DNA from: Azolla caroliniana
Taxonomy: Eukaryota; Plantae; Polypodiophyta
Direction of reading: 5' to 3'
DNA: 64,000 bases
NCBI GenBank assembly: GCA_043228905.1
Contig: JBHGNT010000008.1
Span: 14,136,001-14,200,000 of the forward strand
A model generated the notes under the pieces. It was not told where the DNA came from. It searched no databases and saw nothing but the letters and a program-made list of their open reading frames with translations. This document shows positions 22,252 to 34,490 of this stretch, one piece after another. Positions within the stretch are counted from its first letter, which is position 1. Each line of letters starts with the position of its first letter. Both the position numbers and the translations under genes were made by a program.

Positions 22252-24343
22252 ATGTAGCTTTGTTAATCACATTAACTCCCGAGCCTCCATCTATAATCAC
22301 ATTTCCGATTTCTTGCCCGTAAAGTATTACCTTAATCGACGGATTCTGTTCATCCATGATCGAAGGGTTATTACTTGGCTGATTGTAATGTACTGCTATT
22401 TGTTCGGAACCTTTATATGCAATTAATGCTGCCACTTTTTCTGTAAACCTTGGTACTAACTTAAGTAAGCCCGTAAGTGGCAATGACACTTGGCAATCAG
22501 CCAACAGTTTCCAAGTTTCTTCCTGTTCCTTATTCCCCAATGACTGTTGTACAACGATGTTCTGGTCAATGTTATTGTCTTGTAACATTCGATTCACATT
22601 ACTTTGATTTGCTTCGTCAACCCATTCTTTTGCCGCCTTCCGAACTTCTTCCTGAATTTCCCACTCTGATTGTTTGCTTTTGCTGCGTGTCGTTACTTGC
22701 TGAACTTCCGGTATTACCATATTAACTGCTAGACCCTTTCCTTTAACCGGACATTGATTAGCATAATGGCCTAGTTGTCGACAAATATAACAAGTGGGTA
22801 CAAATGTTGCACTGGTCTCTCCATGTGCAAATTGGCCGTTATTAAATTGCTGCTCTTCATTACCACTCGGGTTTTGTTGGTATTGACGTGTAGCTTTTGG
22901 TTTGTAAAATCTCTTGTTTTTATACCGATTCTGCCTAAATTGTTCAGTATTATCATTTGGTTGTGCTACATTTTGTGTTAACCCGAACTCCTGATTTGGC
23001 GGAAAATTATTATGTTGAAACATTTGATTATTTTGTGGAACGGTTTGAGTATTATGTTGAAAGGTCATATTACCCGGTTGAAATGCCGGATTTGGTTGAA
23101 ATGTAGAATTCGGTTGCACATTCGAACAGTTCTGTTGAAACCCTTGAAATGGTGGGTTACCTTGTTGGAAACTTTGATTATTTTGTTGAAAATATTGATT
23201 CGGATTCTGTACGAATGGTGGGTTGGATTGAGCAAAACCTGGTTGAAATGCTTGTCAAGTCACTTGAGTGGGTTGCATATTTTGTTGTGAAAAGATCTGA
23301 TTTGGCTGTAGAACCGGATTTTGTTGTACATTTTGCTGATTTTGTGAAAAATTATTATTTTGATAACCATTGAACAGATTAGTGTTATTTTGGTAACCAT
23401 TGTCAGTAAAAATTTGTCGTACTGACGCCGTAGTCTTATTAAGCAGATTATATTCACATTGTTCTACTGAATGTAATTTTGAATGACATATTGTACAATG
23501 TGTTCTTAACGTACATTCAATTGCCGAATGCCCCGTATTTAGACAAGTGGTGCATTGAACTGCTTGTCGAAATTGTAACTCCTCTATTGTCGGTAATGTA
23601 CGGTGTAATGCCGACATGTCCATACTCTGAACATTGACCGGTGGTCGACCCATTTCTATTGCTTTATCAATTACTTGTTCGATAGTCTGATTTCGAAAAT
23701 CGAACACTTTCAATGTCGTCCTTAATGGTTCTTTTACAGCTTCCAGAAAGACTTGTTTTAATTCATTATCCGGAATCGGCCTTGAAATCTGAAGCTGTAA
23801 GTTCTGAAATCGTATCACAAACTGAGATACTGTTTCATTTTTTTCTTGATATAACGCATAAAATTGCGCAATCAAATCCTTCTGCGGAATTTGTTGATGA
23901 AATAATTGTAAAAATTTACTAGTTAACACTTCAAAGGATGGAAATCCTTGAAGACCGTTCTGCGCAAACCAATTGGCAGAATATCCGTCTAATGATAAGA
24001 CGAACTCAGCGATTTTTGACTTATCTTCGGCATCTGCCGACAATCGCTGAGCTCCATGGTTAATCTCCCATGTCGTTAAGAAATCCCTAACATGTGCTTC
24101 CGCATCTGTTCCTTCCCGGAACTTAGAATAAGTATAAGGCATATCGTCCCAAATGTCGTAAAACGATACCTCTTCCGTCTGTTTTTCGTCTGAAGGTAAT
24201 TGATCGGATAAGTCAGGAAGTTTCGACCACTTTGTGCTTGATTCCGGCTGTTCTTGCGCAATGAACGCTTCCTACACTGCCTTCATAACTGACTTTGTAC
24301 GAGGGCGCTTACAACTGACCGGTGTCTCCTCTTTATACGACAT
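22046..24343 (-). pseudogene. G2 gag-PR with three CCHC knuckles and a Q/N-rich spacer; frameshifted
   Basis: CTTCLNTGHSAIEC, CTICHSKLHSVEQC, CYICRQLGHYANQC; protease motif IIDGGSG. Confidence 0.9.
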
Positions 24344-24854
24344 CCATTCGATTTGTTCTCTGCTTAATTGCAGATGTAACCGGGCGTGCCAAAATTCTTC
24401 TGTGTTAATCGGCTAATTACTAACTACTACCGATACAGAAGAGTGAACGTCGCTACTCAACGTTCTAACAAGGAATTGTGTTTTACGAACGGAATTATAC
24501 TATATTAATCGGTAATTACCGTGATCGTTACTTAGTTATAAATTAGGAAGCTTGCACTTAACAACATAGACAATAGAAAGAACACAGAATCCGTACAGGA
24601 TATTCCTAACTTAAACTTATATTACTAAATAAAACGACCTTTCTTACAATGCCTTCGGTTCCCTTTTATAGGTATACCGAAGGTCTTTTCTCATCAAGAA
24701 CTATTCCTACTTACTATCAAGAATTACAAAATTATCTAACTAACTTAGTTCTTTTACTGCTGAGTCATTGATCCGAACAGTCGATCCGAACCGACTCCGT
24801 TTTCGACGCTTTCCCACTTGTTCGGTAAAACTGACTGTCCGGGTCCGGGTAACA

Positions 24855-27153
24855 CCGTTTTCTCTTGGTCGTCGAGGTGCATCCGGATCTGATTATACCC
24901 GTTGAATCCGTCTAGGAAGCTATAGACCTCGTGGCCGGCGACGGCATCCAACACTCCATCTGTGAACGGAAGTGGAAACGCATACGTTACCGTAGCCGCA
25001 TTGAGTTTCCGGTAGTCCACGCAAACTCGAATTTTTCCGTTCTTCTTTGGTACGACTACGATCGGGCTCAGCCATGTCGCTTTCTTTACCGGACGGATAA
25101 AGCCAACTCTTAGCAGTTTGTCGATTTCTTCCTTGACCTTGGCAGCATAATTGGGATTCATCCGGTACCGTCTTTGTGCCACTGGTTTTGCGTCCTTGCT
25201 CAAGTGCACTTGATGCTGGTATAACTGAGGGTCGAGTCCTCGCATGTCTTCGTATGACCAGGCGAATACGTCGCGAAATTCCTTGAGAAGTGTTATCATC
25301 GTCGTTTTGTATCCGGACTTCATCTCCTTGGCGATGTGCACCGGTTTTGCTTCGTCCGTGGTGCCTAAATTCACCTCTTCCAGTTGCGATGCTTTTACGC
25401 GCTGTGAAACGGCCATTTCCCGTTCCAACACTTCCTGCGCTTGCCGTAACTCCCGGATTGCGTCTTTATCCAATTCTGCTTCCGCCTCTTCCGGTTGCGG
25501 TAAGTACGGTGCTACGGCTTCGGCAATGTCAATTTCGAAGAGGGGTATGATCTTCGGGTTTTCCTGCAGGTATTGAGCTTCTTCTTCGTCCGCTAACCCT
25601 TCTAGCATGTTGACGCATTCCGCATACAACGGTGTACATTCCTTGCCAGTGCTCGTCCTTAGCTGTGTTGGTACCCGTACCTTGGCTTTTCCTCGCCTGA
25701 AGGTAATTATATTTTTTCGCCAATTCTGTTTGATATGTGTCGTTTTCAACCATGGCCGCCCCAGCAATAGTGGGTATGCGCCTTGTGCCTGTAATTGTAG
25801 CACTACGGCCAAGATGTGAAATGTATGCCCGCCGACGGTGACTTCTAATTTCCGTATTAATCCTGTCGGCCGCACTGAGCTTGTATAGGCCATCCGCAAC
25901 CAGAACGGACACGGCTCCCACTCGTGGATTCCTAGGTCATCACACGTCCGGAGGCTTATTACATTTACCCCAGAGGCTCTGTCTATAACTGTGCCGGGGA
26001 GTTCTTTCCCTTTTACAATGGCAGTGATTACCGGACTGCTGGTGTCTACCACTGTTGGTCCCTCCTCTGGATTCGAGAAGAGTACCGGTGCCGGTGATGG
26101 TTCTCCTGCCGTCATGGCCGTCTTCAGTCCTTCCGTAAATCTAGGCACGAGTTGTAGGAGTCTTCCTAGTGGTAACGTAATCTGGCATTCTTGCAACGCC
26201 TGCCATGTCTCGTTCTCGGAGTGACTACCGCCGGCAAGCCCTGCGGTGTTCTCCTTTTGCTGTTGTAAGTCTATGACATTCTGCTCGTTTGCTTTCTTTA
26301 CCCATTCCGTTGCTTGTTTGCGGATGGTCTCCTGTGTCTCCCATTCTTTGGCCATGCCCTTCAACCTTGTGGTCACCTGCTGCAGGTCTGCCACCTCAGG
26401 GACTACCATATTTACCGCCGGTCGTTTTTCATAGCTCTTCACCGGGCATTGGTTACTATAATGGCCTTCCTGTCGGCAGTAGTAGCAGTAGGCTTTCCGA
26501 GCATTGCTAGATTCGGCCTTGTCTGTTGTACCCGGGGCAGGTCCTACGGTACGCGCGGGGTTTTGTACCGGTTGGTTACTTGGAGCGCCTTGTTCCGGAT
26601 CCCGGGGGTAGCCGCCTTTTTTAAAATGCCGTTTTTTGTTAAAGCTCTTCTTATTACAGTACTCTTGACGGGGTTGCCCGTTATATCTGCCGTATTCCTC
26701 CCGTTGCTGACGATACCTGGGGGAGTGCTCCCGGTCGTACTGTTCGTATCGTCTATTGTAATCCTGGTACCGATCATGTCGGTCATAGTTATCTCGCCGA
26801 TCACCGTACCGGACATCATTTTCCCGTCGCTCGCCATATCGGACATCATTCTCCCATCGCTCGCCATATTGGACATCATGTGCCGGTCGGTCACGGTCCA
26901 TTCGCTGCCAGCGTTCGTCTTCTTCATCCCGGCTGCTGCGTGGCTCAATTTGTTGGACGGGCGGTGCTTGCCGAGTCAACAGATTATACTCGCACCTATC
27001 CGTCGTATGGCTCTTGGATTGACAGATTACACATTGCGTCCTCATAGTGCATTCTAGAGCCGAGTGTCTGGAATTCAAGCAGGTTGTGCACTGTATTGCT
27101 TGCCGAAACCGGAGGTCTTCATCGGACGGTAACGCCCGTTGAAGTGCGCCCAG
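24855..27153 (-). pseudogene. G1 gag C-terminus, PR and RT N-terminus (includes the second copy of a duplicated gag segment)
   Basis: 774-aa ORF with CCHC motifs, VIDRASG, LLGRPWL, VCVDYRKLN. Confidence 0.93.
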
Positions 27154-27694
27154 TGTGATCCTGGGTAGTTAGATTCGGTAGGTAGGAAGTAAATGAGGGA
27201 GACGGCTCCCTTCTTGAAGCTATAAAGGAGAGGGAGCCGCGGGGAGAAGGGATCGCGCATTGAGGAGGACGAAGTGTTGTCGGACCGTAACCGAACACTT
27301 CTCCTCTATTTGTTCTCTATTGCTCTTCTCTGCAGGTTTTCGGGAGGCTCACGCTGCTTCGAGGAACGCCCGTGTGCTTCCGGTAGCACCTCCATCCTAC
27401 CCCCCTTTCGTGCGCAGACGAACAGGCATCGGCATATGTTCGTTGGCATGTTCAGTTGTAACCGCTCGCGTGCTCTGTTGTTTATTTGTCATTCGTTAAT
27501 ATACAAACATTGTGTCTCTCTGTCTCCGTGTCCATTCGCGTCTTCTGCGTTGACGGGCAGTGCCCCTGTGTTTCTTTGCTCATACGTAACCGGGCGTCTC
27601 TCTCTTCCTCTTTCCCCTTCTATCACCTGCTCTTCGGTTCAAGACCCCGGTGGTCCCGCCTCGTTTCTCCACGCACGTGCGTAGTAACGCGACA
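27154..27694 (+). mobile_element. X2: LTR-like insertion between the duplicated G1 gag segments
   Basis: TGT...CGCGACA ends; CTATAAAG inside a 9-bp inverted repeat; shares GACCCCGGTGGTCCC and the CGACA end with X1; no TSD. Confidence 0.7.
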
Positions 27695-30009
27695 ACGTTC
27701 GGAGGCTTATTACATTCACCCCAGAGCCTCCATCTATAACTGTGTCGGGGAGTTCCTTCCCTTTTACAATGGCAGTGATTACCGGACTGCTGGTGTCCAC
27801 CACCATTGGTCCCTCCTCCGGATTCGAGAAGAGTACCGATGCCGGTGATGGTTCTCCTGCCGTCATGGCCGTCTTCAGTCCTTCCGTGAATCTTGGCACG
27901 AGTTGTAGGAGTCTTCCTAGTGGCAACGTAATCTTGCATTCTTGCAACGCCTGCCATGTCTCGTTCTCAGAGTGACTACCGCCGGCAAGCCCTATGGTGT
28001 TCTCCTTTTGCCGTTGTAAGTCTGTGACATTCTGCTCGTTTGCTTTCTTTACCCATTCCGTTGCTTGTTTCCGGATGGTCTCCTGCGTCTCCCATTCCTT
28101 GGCCATGCCCTTCGACCTTGTGGTCACCTGCTGCAGATCTGCCACCTCAGGGACTACCATATTTACTGCCGGTCGTTTTTCATAGCTCTTCATCGGGCAT
28201 TGGTTACTATAATGGCCTTCCTGTCGGCAGTAGTAGCAATAGGCTTTCCGGGTATTGCTAGATTCGGCATTGTCTGTTGTACCCGGGGCAGGTCCTGCGG
28301 TACGCGTGGGGTTTTGGACCGGTTGGCTGCTTGGAGCTCCTTGTTCCGGATCCCGGGGGTAGCCGCCTTTTTTTAAATGCTGGTTTTTGTTATAGCTCTT
28401 CTTATTGCGGTGCTCTTGACGGGGTTGCCCGTTATATCTGCCGTATTCCTCCTGTTGCTGACGATACCCGGGGGAGTGCTCCCGGTCGTAGTTCGTATCG
28501 TCTATTGTAATCCCGGTACCAATCATGCCGGTCATAGTTATCCCACCAATCACCGTACCGGACATCATTCTCCCGCCGATCACCGTACCGAACATCATTC
28601 TCCCGTCGATCGCCATACCGGACATCCTGTGCCGGTCGGTCGCGGTCCATTCGCCGCCAGCGTTCCTCTTCTTCATCCTGGCTGCTGCGTGGCTCAATTT
28701 GTCGGACGGGCGGTGCTTGCCGGTTCAATAGATTATACTCGCACCTATCCTTCGTATGGCTCTTGGATTGACAGATTACACATTGCGTCCTCATAGTGCA
28801 TTCTAGAGCCGAGTGTCCGGAATTCAAGCAGGTTGTGCACTGTATTGCTTGCCGAAACCGGAGGTCTTCATCGGATGGTAACGCCCGTTGGAGTGCTCCC
28901 AGTGTGAGCCAGGAGCTTGTCTTTTCCATCTCTTTCACCCGGTCAATGACCTGGTCGATGGTACTTGTGCGGAAATCGATTACCGTGCAAACCGTGTGTA
29001 GGGGTTCCCGGAGCACGTTTAGGAATATCGTCCGTAATTCCTCCTCCGGGGGTGCACGGGCAAGCTAACTATGCATCCGTTGAAACCGGATGACAAATTG
29101 GGGAATGCTCTCCCCTGCCTCTTGCCGGATGGTATAAAATAAGCCTACCATTACGGTCTGGTCCACCTCCTTTTGAAAAAAATGCATGAATTTAGCTTTT
29201 AAATCTGCAAAGGTTTTGATGGTAGACGGGTCCTGCGTCTGGCGCCATCTTGCTGCCGGTCCCTCCAATGTGACGCCAAACTCTGCTATCTTAGAGCGTT
29301 CTTCTTCCTCCGGTGTCAGTTGCTGGGACACATGGTTGGCTTCCCATGTCTGTTCAAAGGCGTGCACATGAGCTTCCGCGTCCGGATCATCTCTATACTT
29401 GGAGTACTAGAACGGCATGTCGTCGTCCGGTATCGGTGCGTGGGCTGGTAGTGTTGGTGCTCGTTCCGGAATTTTCTCCGGTGTCGGTGGTCTTTCCCGA
29501 TTTGATTCTGGTGTCGGTTGTTTCTCTTCCTTTGGTGACGGAGGCCTCTCCTCTTCGACTTCCGGTGTCGGAGGTCGTTCTTCTTCTGCTGGTTCCGGGG
29601 GTTCCAGCGTTAGCACTTCCGGTTCTGGTTCCGGTGTCGGTAAGGTATCCGATCCTTCGTCCTCCGGTCCGCCCGGGGTTTCGTTACTGCTACGGTAGTT
29701 CGTGTGCACGTTGTATTCCCCTTCGAAGTCCGATTCATATGCTGAAAAGGCCTCTGCTTTGCCTTCTCCGTTTGCCAACGCGTGGAGAAGGGATTCGGTT
29801 TCCCGGAGGCTGCTTAGGCTGCTGCCGTCGTCCGGGTGCGATGTTTGCTGTAACCAGAGGGAGTCCTCCGCTACTCTCCGGATTACGTTGGAAAACGAGC
29901 GATCCGCTCTAATTTCCTGCGCCGCTTGCTGGAAAGCCTCGCGTCTCCTTTGCCTTTCGGCAAGGCGTCGAATTCGATCTGTAACCAGGTCGTGCGTTGA
30001 TCTAGACAT
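27695..30009 (-). pseudogene. G1 gag, first copy, ending within the protease
   Basis: MSRSTHDLVTDR.. collinear with G3 gag MTRPTHDLVTDR; several stops. Confidence 0.93.
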
Positions 30010-30835
30010 CCATCTGTGCCGTCGTTCGCTGCAAAAACAGGAATCGTGGTTGCCAAAAATTGTGTTAACTCTTCGGGCCGGACAATGGCCTAACACAGGG
30101 TGTCTACGGGAGACACTTCACCAAAGGGTGTTACGGCAACCGGATTAGGCTTCAATGCTTAATCCGACTTAGTTAAGTTACTTATTAGGATCGTCTTTCA
30201 TAACATGCGTAAGATATAACAATTAAGACAGAATGGCAATTAACACAGAGAGATAACAACGCTTAAGCTTTCATTAATTAACCGCTAACTATTACGTTGT
30301 ATTCGGGCCTTTAAATAGGTTTCCGGTCTGTATTACAAAACGGTGCCATCCGCACCTGTTCGGAATCGGTCCGGATCCGGAACGGCATACCATTTCCTGT
30401 CCGTCCGTCCACACTCATAGCTTAATTACAACCACATTCCTACTACTTAATTAGCTCTCCGTTTCCCACTCTGGACTCCTTTGCCGGCCGGTAACAATTA
30501 TTCCGCATATTTCCCTGTCAATGACTTAGGGCAGTCATTTCAGTAGTTGTTGTAGTTGTATCATAGGTGTACAGAGAGAGAGACAGAGAGAAGAGAAGCC
30601 GCTAGTTGGCGAAGATACAGAGCACGAGGTCGTTGCCTCTGAGTCTCCTATTGTACCTCCTTTTCTCATATAGTGATAGTTGAAGTATGTGGGCTCCCAT
30701 GGTTTTTCCCTATTAGGGTTTTCCACGTAAACATCCTGTGTCGTCTCTTCTATGTAAGTGTACGAACCTCCATTTCTATTTTGTTCTTTCATAAAGTGTT
30801 TGAGTCTCAGTCGTGGCCGAGCGCTATTCCTCACA

Positions 30836-31314
30836 AATTGGCTCTAAAATCAGTGCCATGTAACAAAATGATCAGTGTCACTTAGCCATGAGACACGATC
30901 TTAATTCAAGAATGAACTTCTAAGCGTGATCATAAACACACAACAGAATAGACCCAAAAACCATATATATTTATATTACGCGTGGAGGAACAATGATACA
31001 CGGCTCACGGTCGGAGTTACAAAAGTATGATTAGATGTTTCTAGTATCCTATTCTAGCTAGGGGGGGCTTCCTCACTCCTCTTTTTCCACACTCTCCTTT
31101 CATTTCTCCTTCACGTTTTATAGCTTTTCTTTACCCGCTTGTCGTGCTTCAGCACTTGGCGTGCTTCAGTCTTCCATCGTTTTCGGCTACACGTATTGCA
31201 GTTGCGTTGGTTTGGCTGTATGTTTCTGATTACAGTTGTCGTCACCTACTTTGCATACCTCCCGATTCGTTTCACACTTAATGTACAAAAATTGGCCCAC
31301 AGACAATAGTCACA
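30836..31314 (-). repeat. Probable remainder of the G0 5' LTR
   Basis: Resumes after the C1 TSD; candidate CA termini at 31314 or 31321; the partner LTR is not in the window. Confidence 0.45.
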
Positions 31315-31652
31315 ACTAACAATTGGCAATGGTTCATGTTGAGAGATCAAGCTCAACTTAATTTAGTTAGTTAATCAACCATGTAACTTCATAGTTACCT
31401 AGATAGAATCTAGTTAGAAGTGTTGACTATAATGCCTTAAATAGGACCTCGTACTTACATGGGATATTCTAGATCCTTCACTCCCAAGTACATTTAATAT
31501 AAGACTTACACCCTTGTACCTATATTCTCCTCACACATGTCCAACCTTGCACATGAGATCTATATATACCTCATTGTTGGTATTTTTGTATTTGATGATG
31601 CTTTTAATATAGTTAATCATCCCCCATCTTGTCTTGTTGTTCATAGTATTAA

Positions 31653-31711
<59 letters not shown>

Positions 31712-31940
31712 TCACTTAATCTTCCGCTTAGCTTAATCACATAATTAGGTACTAATTAACCCATAGTTAATTACCTAATTCTTAACAGTTCAGTTTGAAC
31801 TAAAACGAACCATGAAACCCCGACTTAACAGCTTAATGATTTAAATGGTTCGGTTCGATTCGGTTTTAGCGATTTGATGGTTTTTGAATATTATCAATGG
31901 GCATAGTTTCGGCTCAAACCGAACCGACCCATTTGTTGGT
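31315..31940. mobile_element. Short degenerate MITE-like element rich in AACCG/CGGTT motifs, split by a solo LTR
   Basis: Imperfect inverted ends ACTAACAATTGGCAATGGTTCAGTTTG and CAAACCGAACCGACCCATTTGTTGGT. Confidence 0.4.
31337..31787 (+). mobile_element. Solo LTR (TGTTGAG..CAAGCTCAAC family)
   Basis: TG...CA termini; perfect TSD GTTCA; TATATATA and a (CT)n tract. Confidence 0.92.
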
Positions 31941-34082
31941 ACCGCAATGCTTGCAAAAGGACAAAAGGTCAAATCTGACATCGACTTATGCCACAAGCAA
32001 ATCGGCCACATCAATTATCAAGAACTTCAGTCAAAGCATGTGGTTTCTAGACTGTTGAAGTTCAGTGGTCGGAAGGCCCAGATATGTGAAGCTTGTCAAT
32101 TTGGGAAACAACATAGGCGCCCATTCCCCAATGAAAAGAATCAGAGCCGGAATTGGCTTGATTTAATCCACACGAATGTATGGGGACCGGCAAGTTGTGT
32201 GAGCATGGGCGGGAGTCGATATTTCATCTCCTTCATCGACGACTTTAGCCAGCACACGGGTGTACCTCATTGAGAAGAAGAACGAAGTCTTCTCCTATTT
32301 TCAGGACCAAAAAAGTCTAGTCGAAAGGGAAATAGAGAGGAAGATAAGTGTCTGCGGTTGGATGGCGGAAAAGAATACATTTCAGGCCAGTTCACAATTT
32401 ATTTGTAGTAAAAGGGAATCTGAAGTGAATTCTCCTATAGATACACACCGGAGCAGAACGATATGGCCAAGAGACGGAAGGGGTACAAGTGTTACAACCC
32501 CCGGATGAAGCAAGTGTGGGTGAGTTGTGATGTGTTCTTTAACGAATCAACATCTTGGTACTCCTTTCCTCCTCTGATCCCTGATACCTCCGAACCGAAT
32601 TCTGAAGACAAAGTTGACCTCATGGTTGAGGAAGAAATCGGCACTCAAGAGGAGAGTTTGATCTCATGAGTGGGCCAAATGAGGGGTTGAGCTGAAACAG
32701 TCTGCCAGATGAAGAGCCAGCAAATAGCGAAGACTCGGTCGTGTAGTTCCCGTGCCAGAAGCAAAGCAAACAATTTACGCGCAAAGAGAAGGGGAAGATG
32801 AAGATGCCAGAATACGGCACAAAGGCATGCGAATCGGACCAAAGTGAATCCAACGTGGCCAGGTGTGAAGATGGACCTCTAGAAATGAGGTCGGAGTCGG
32901 CCAACCAAAAGTTGCGCCACTCCACCCACCATAAGAACCCCGTAATCCGGTATGGGTACAATGAGTATATGGTGCATCACTATGTGTATATGACGAAGGT
33001 TGTGGAAGTGCGTGAGCTGGAGAGCTATGTAAAGACAGTGAAGGATGCCAATTGGCGGAAGGCCATGGAGGAAAAGATTCATGCACTAGCGGAAAATGAG
33101 ACTTGGGACCTGGTTAACGTCCCCAAGGGTATAAAGCCAATCGGATGCAAATGGGATTGCTTAGTTGCAAAGCAGAATAGAGCAACATTCCACTCAAGAC
33201 CACCAAGAAGAAGAGAAGTGCCACTGGAATTAGTACACACGAATGTGTGTTATGTAGATGCTCCGTCGCATCGAGGTGGACAGTACTTTGTGACTTTCAT
33301 CGACGACTACAGTCAAAAGATGTGGGCTTTCGCACCAAAGTCAAAAGATCAAGTATTGTCATTCTTCAAGGAGTTCCAGGCAAGAGTTGGACGGGAGTTG
33401 GGTTAGAAGTTGAAAGTTATCCGAACCGACAATGGTGGCGAATATAGAAGGCAGTTCGAAGAATGTACAAGGTTAATTACAACATCGATGCCTCCATCAA
33501 CTGGTACAAGGCCTGTCTAGTGGCCAAGGGTTACACACAACAACACAACATCAATTACAATGAGACGTTCACGCCAGTCACAAAGATGACGATCGTCTGT
33601 GTGTTGCTGGTGGTAGCGGCAGCGAAGGGATGGCATCTACACTAGATGGACATCAAGAATGCATTCTTGCCAGGAGAGCTCGAGGAACAGGTGTATATGG
33701 TGCAACCTCCCGGATTTTAGTCCGGATTGTCAGTCGTTTGTCGATTGAAGAAGTCTTTGTACGAATTAAAACAAGTGTCGCGTGCTTGGAATGCGAAGAT
33801 CACACATTTGTAGCGTTAGATGGGGTTTGCTTCGTCAAAGTCGGACTCATCATTGTTCATCCAGTAGGGTCAAAACGGATCGGTAACTATTTTGCTTTAT
33901 GTTGATGACCTGGTCATCACCAGCACCAACCTAGAGGAAATCAGCCGTATAAAGCTCCAGCTTGCGGTATCATTTGATATGAAGGATTTGGGGGACCTTC
34001 ATTACTTCCTCGGGATCAAAGTGATCCACAACCCGGAAGGTATACTGATCAACCAACGGCATTATGTGTTGAGTATGCCCTT

Positions 34083-34393
34083 TGTTGAGATACAAGCTCA
34101 ACATTGGCCGGATCTGTTGTGCAAGCCGAGAACCAGATCGGTTGGGATCGATCGGTTAGGCCGGACCGGTGTGCAAACCGATACGCAACGAGAAGGCGTA
34201 GCGGTGCGTAAACCGTGAGGCCGTTGGAAAGATATTCCGCTTAGGAATATATTTTGGGAGTTAGTGTAGAGCTCACTTATGAACATTGAAGTACGTTTCA
34301 GTACTTCTGTTAGTCCGTATGGACTTGTATAAAAGTGCTCACTGAGCACATCCTATGTAAAGACTGAGTATTATTTTTTGAATTGAGTTTCGT

Positions 34394-34490
<97 letters not shown>

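Larger units (their letters stand above)
15508..24854 (-). mobile_element. G2: AT-rich Athila-like Ty3/gypsy element nested in the G1 RT (3' LTR 15508-15940; 5' LTR 24403-24854)
   Basis: LTRs nearly identical apart from an 18-bp and a 1-bp indel; perfect TSD CCGTT; PBS TGGCACGCCCGGT 24379-24391. Confidence 0.97.
9488..30496 (-). mobile_element. G1: Athila-like Ty3/gypsy element with extra 3' ORF (3' LTR 9488-9921; 5' LTR 30063-30496)
   Basis: Two 434-bp LTRs with TGTTA...TAACA ends and about 10 substitutions by eye; perfect TSD ATTAT; PBS TGGCAACCACG 30045-30055; order gag-PR-RT-RH-INT-ORF3. Confidence 0.96.
8393..30520 (+). mobile_element. C2: copia-type solo LTR (pieces 8393-8492, 8927-9487, 30497-30520) inserted in the C1 3' LTR and split by two G1-family insertions
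   Basis: TG at 8393, CA at 30520; perfect TSD ATGAC; resembles the C1/C5 LTRs (GGTCCCTCCGGATG, GAAGACCCGG repeats, AG tract, CCCGTGGTTTTTCC). Confidence 0.9.
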
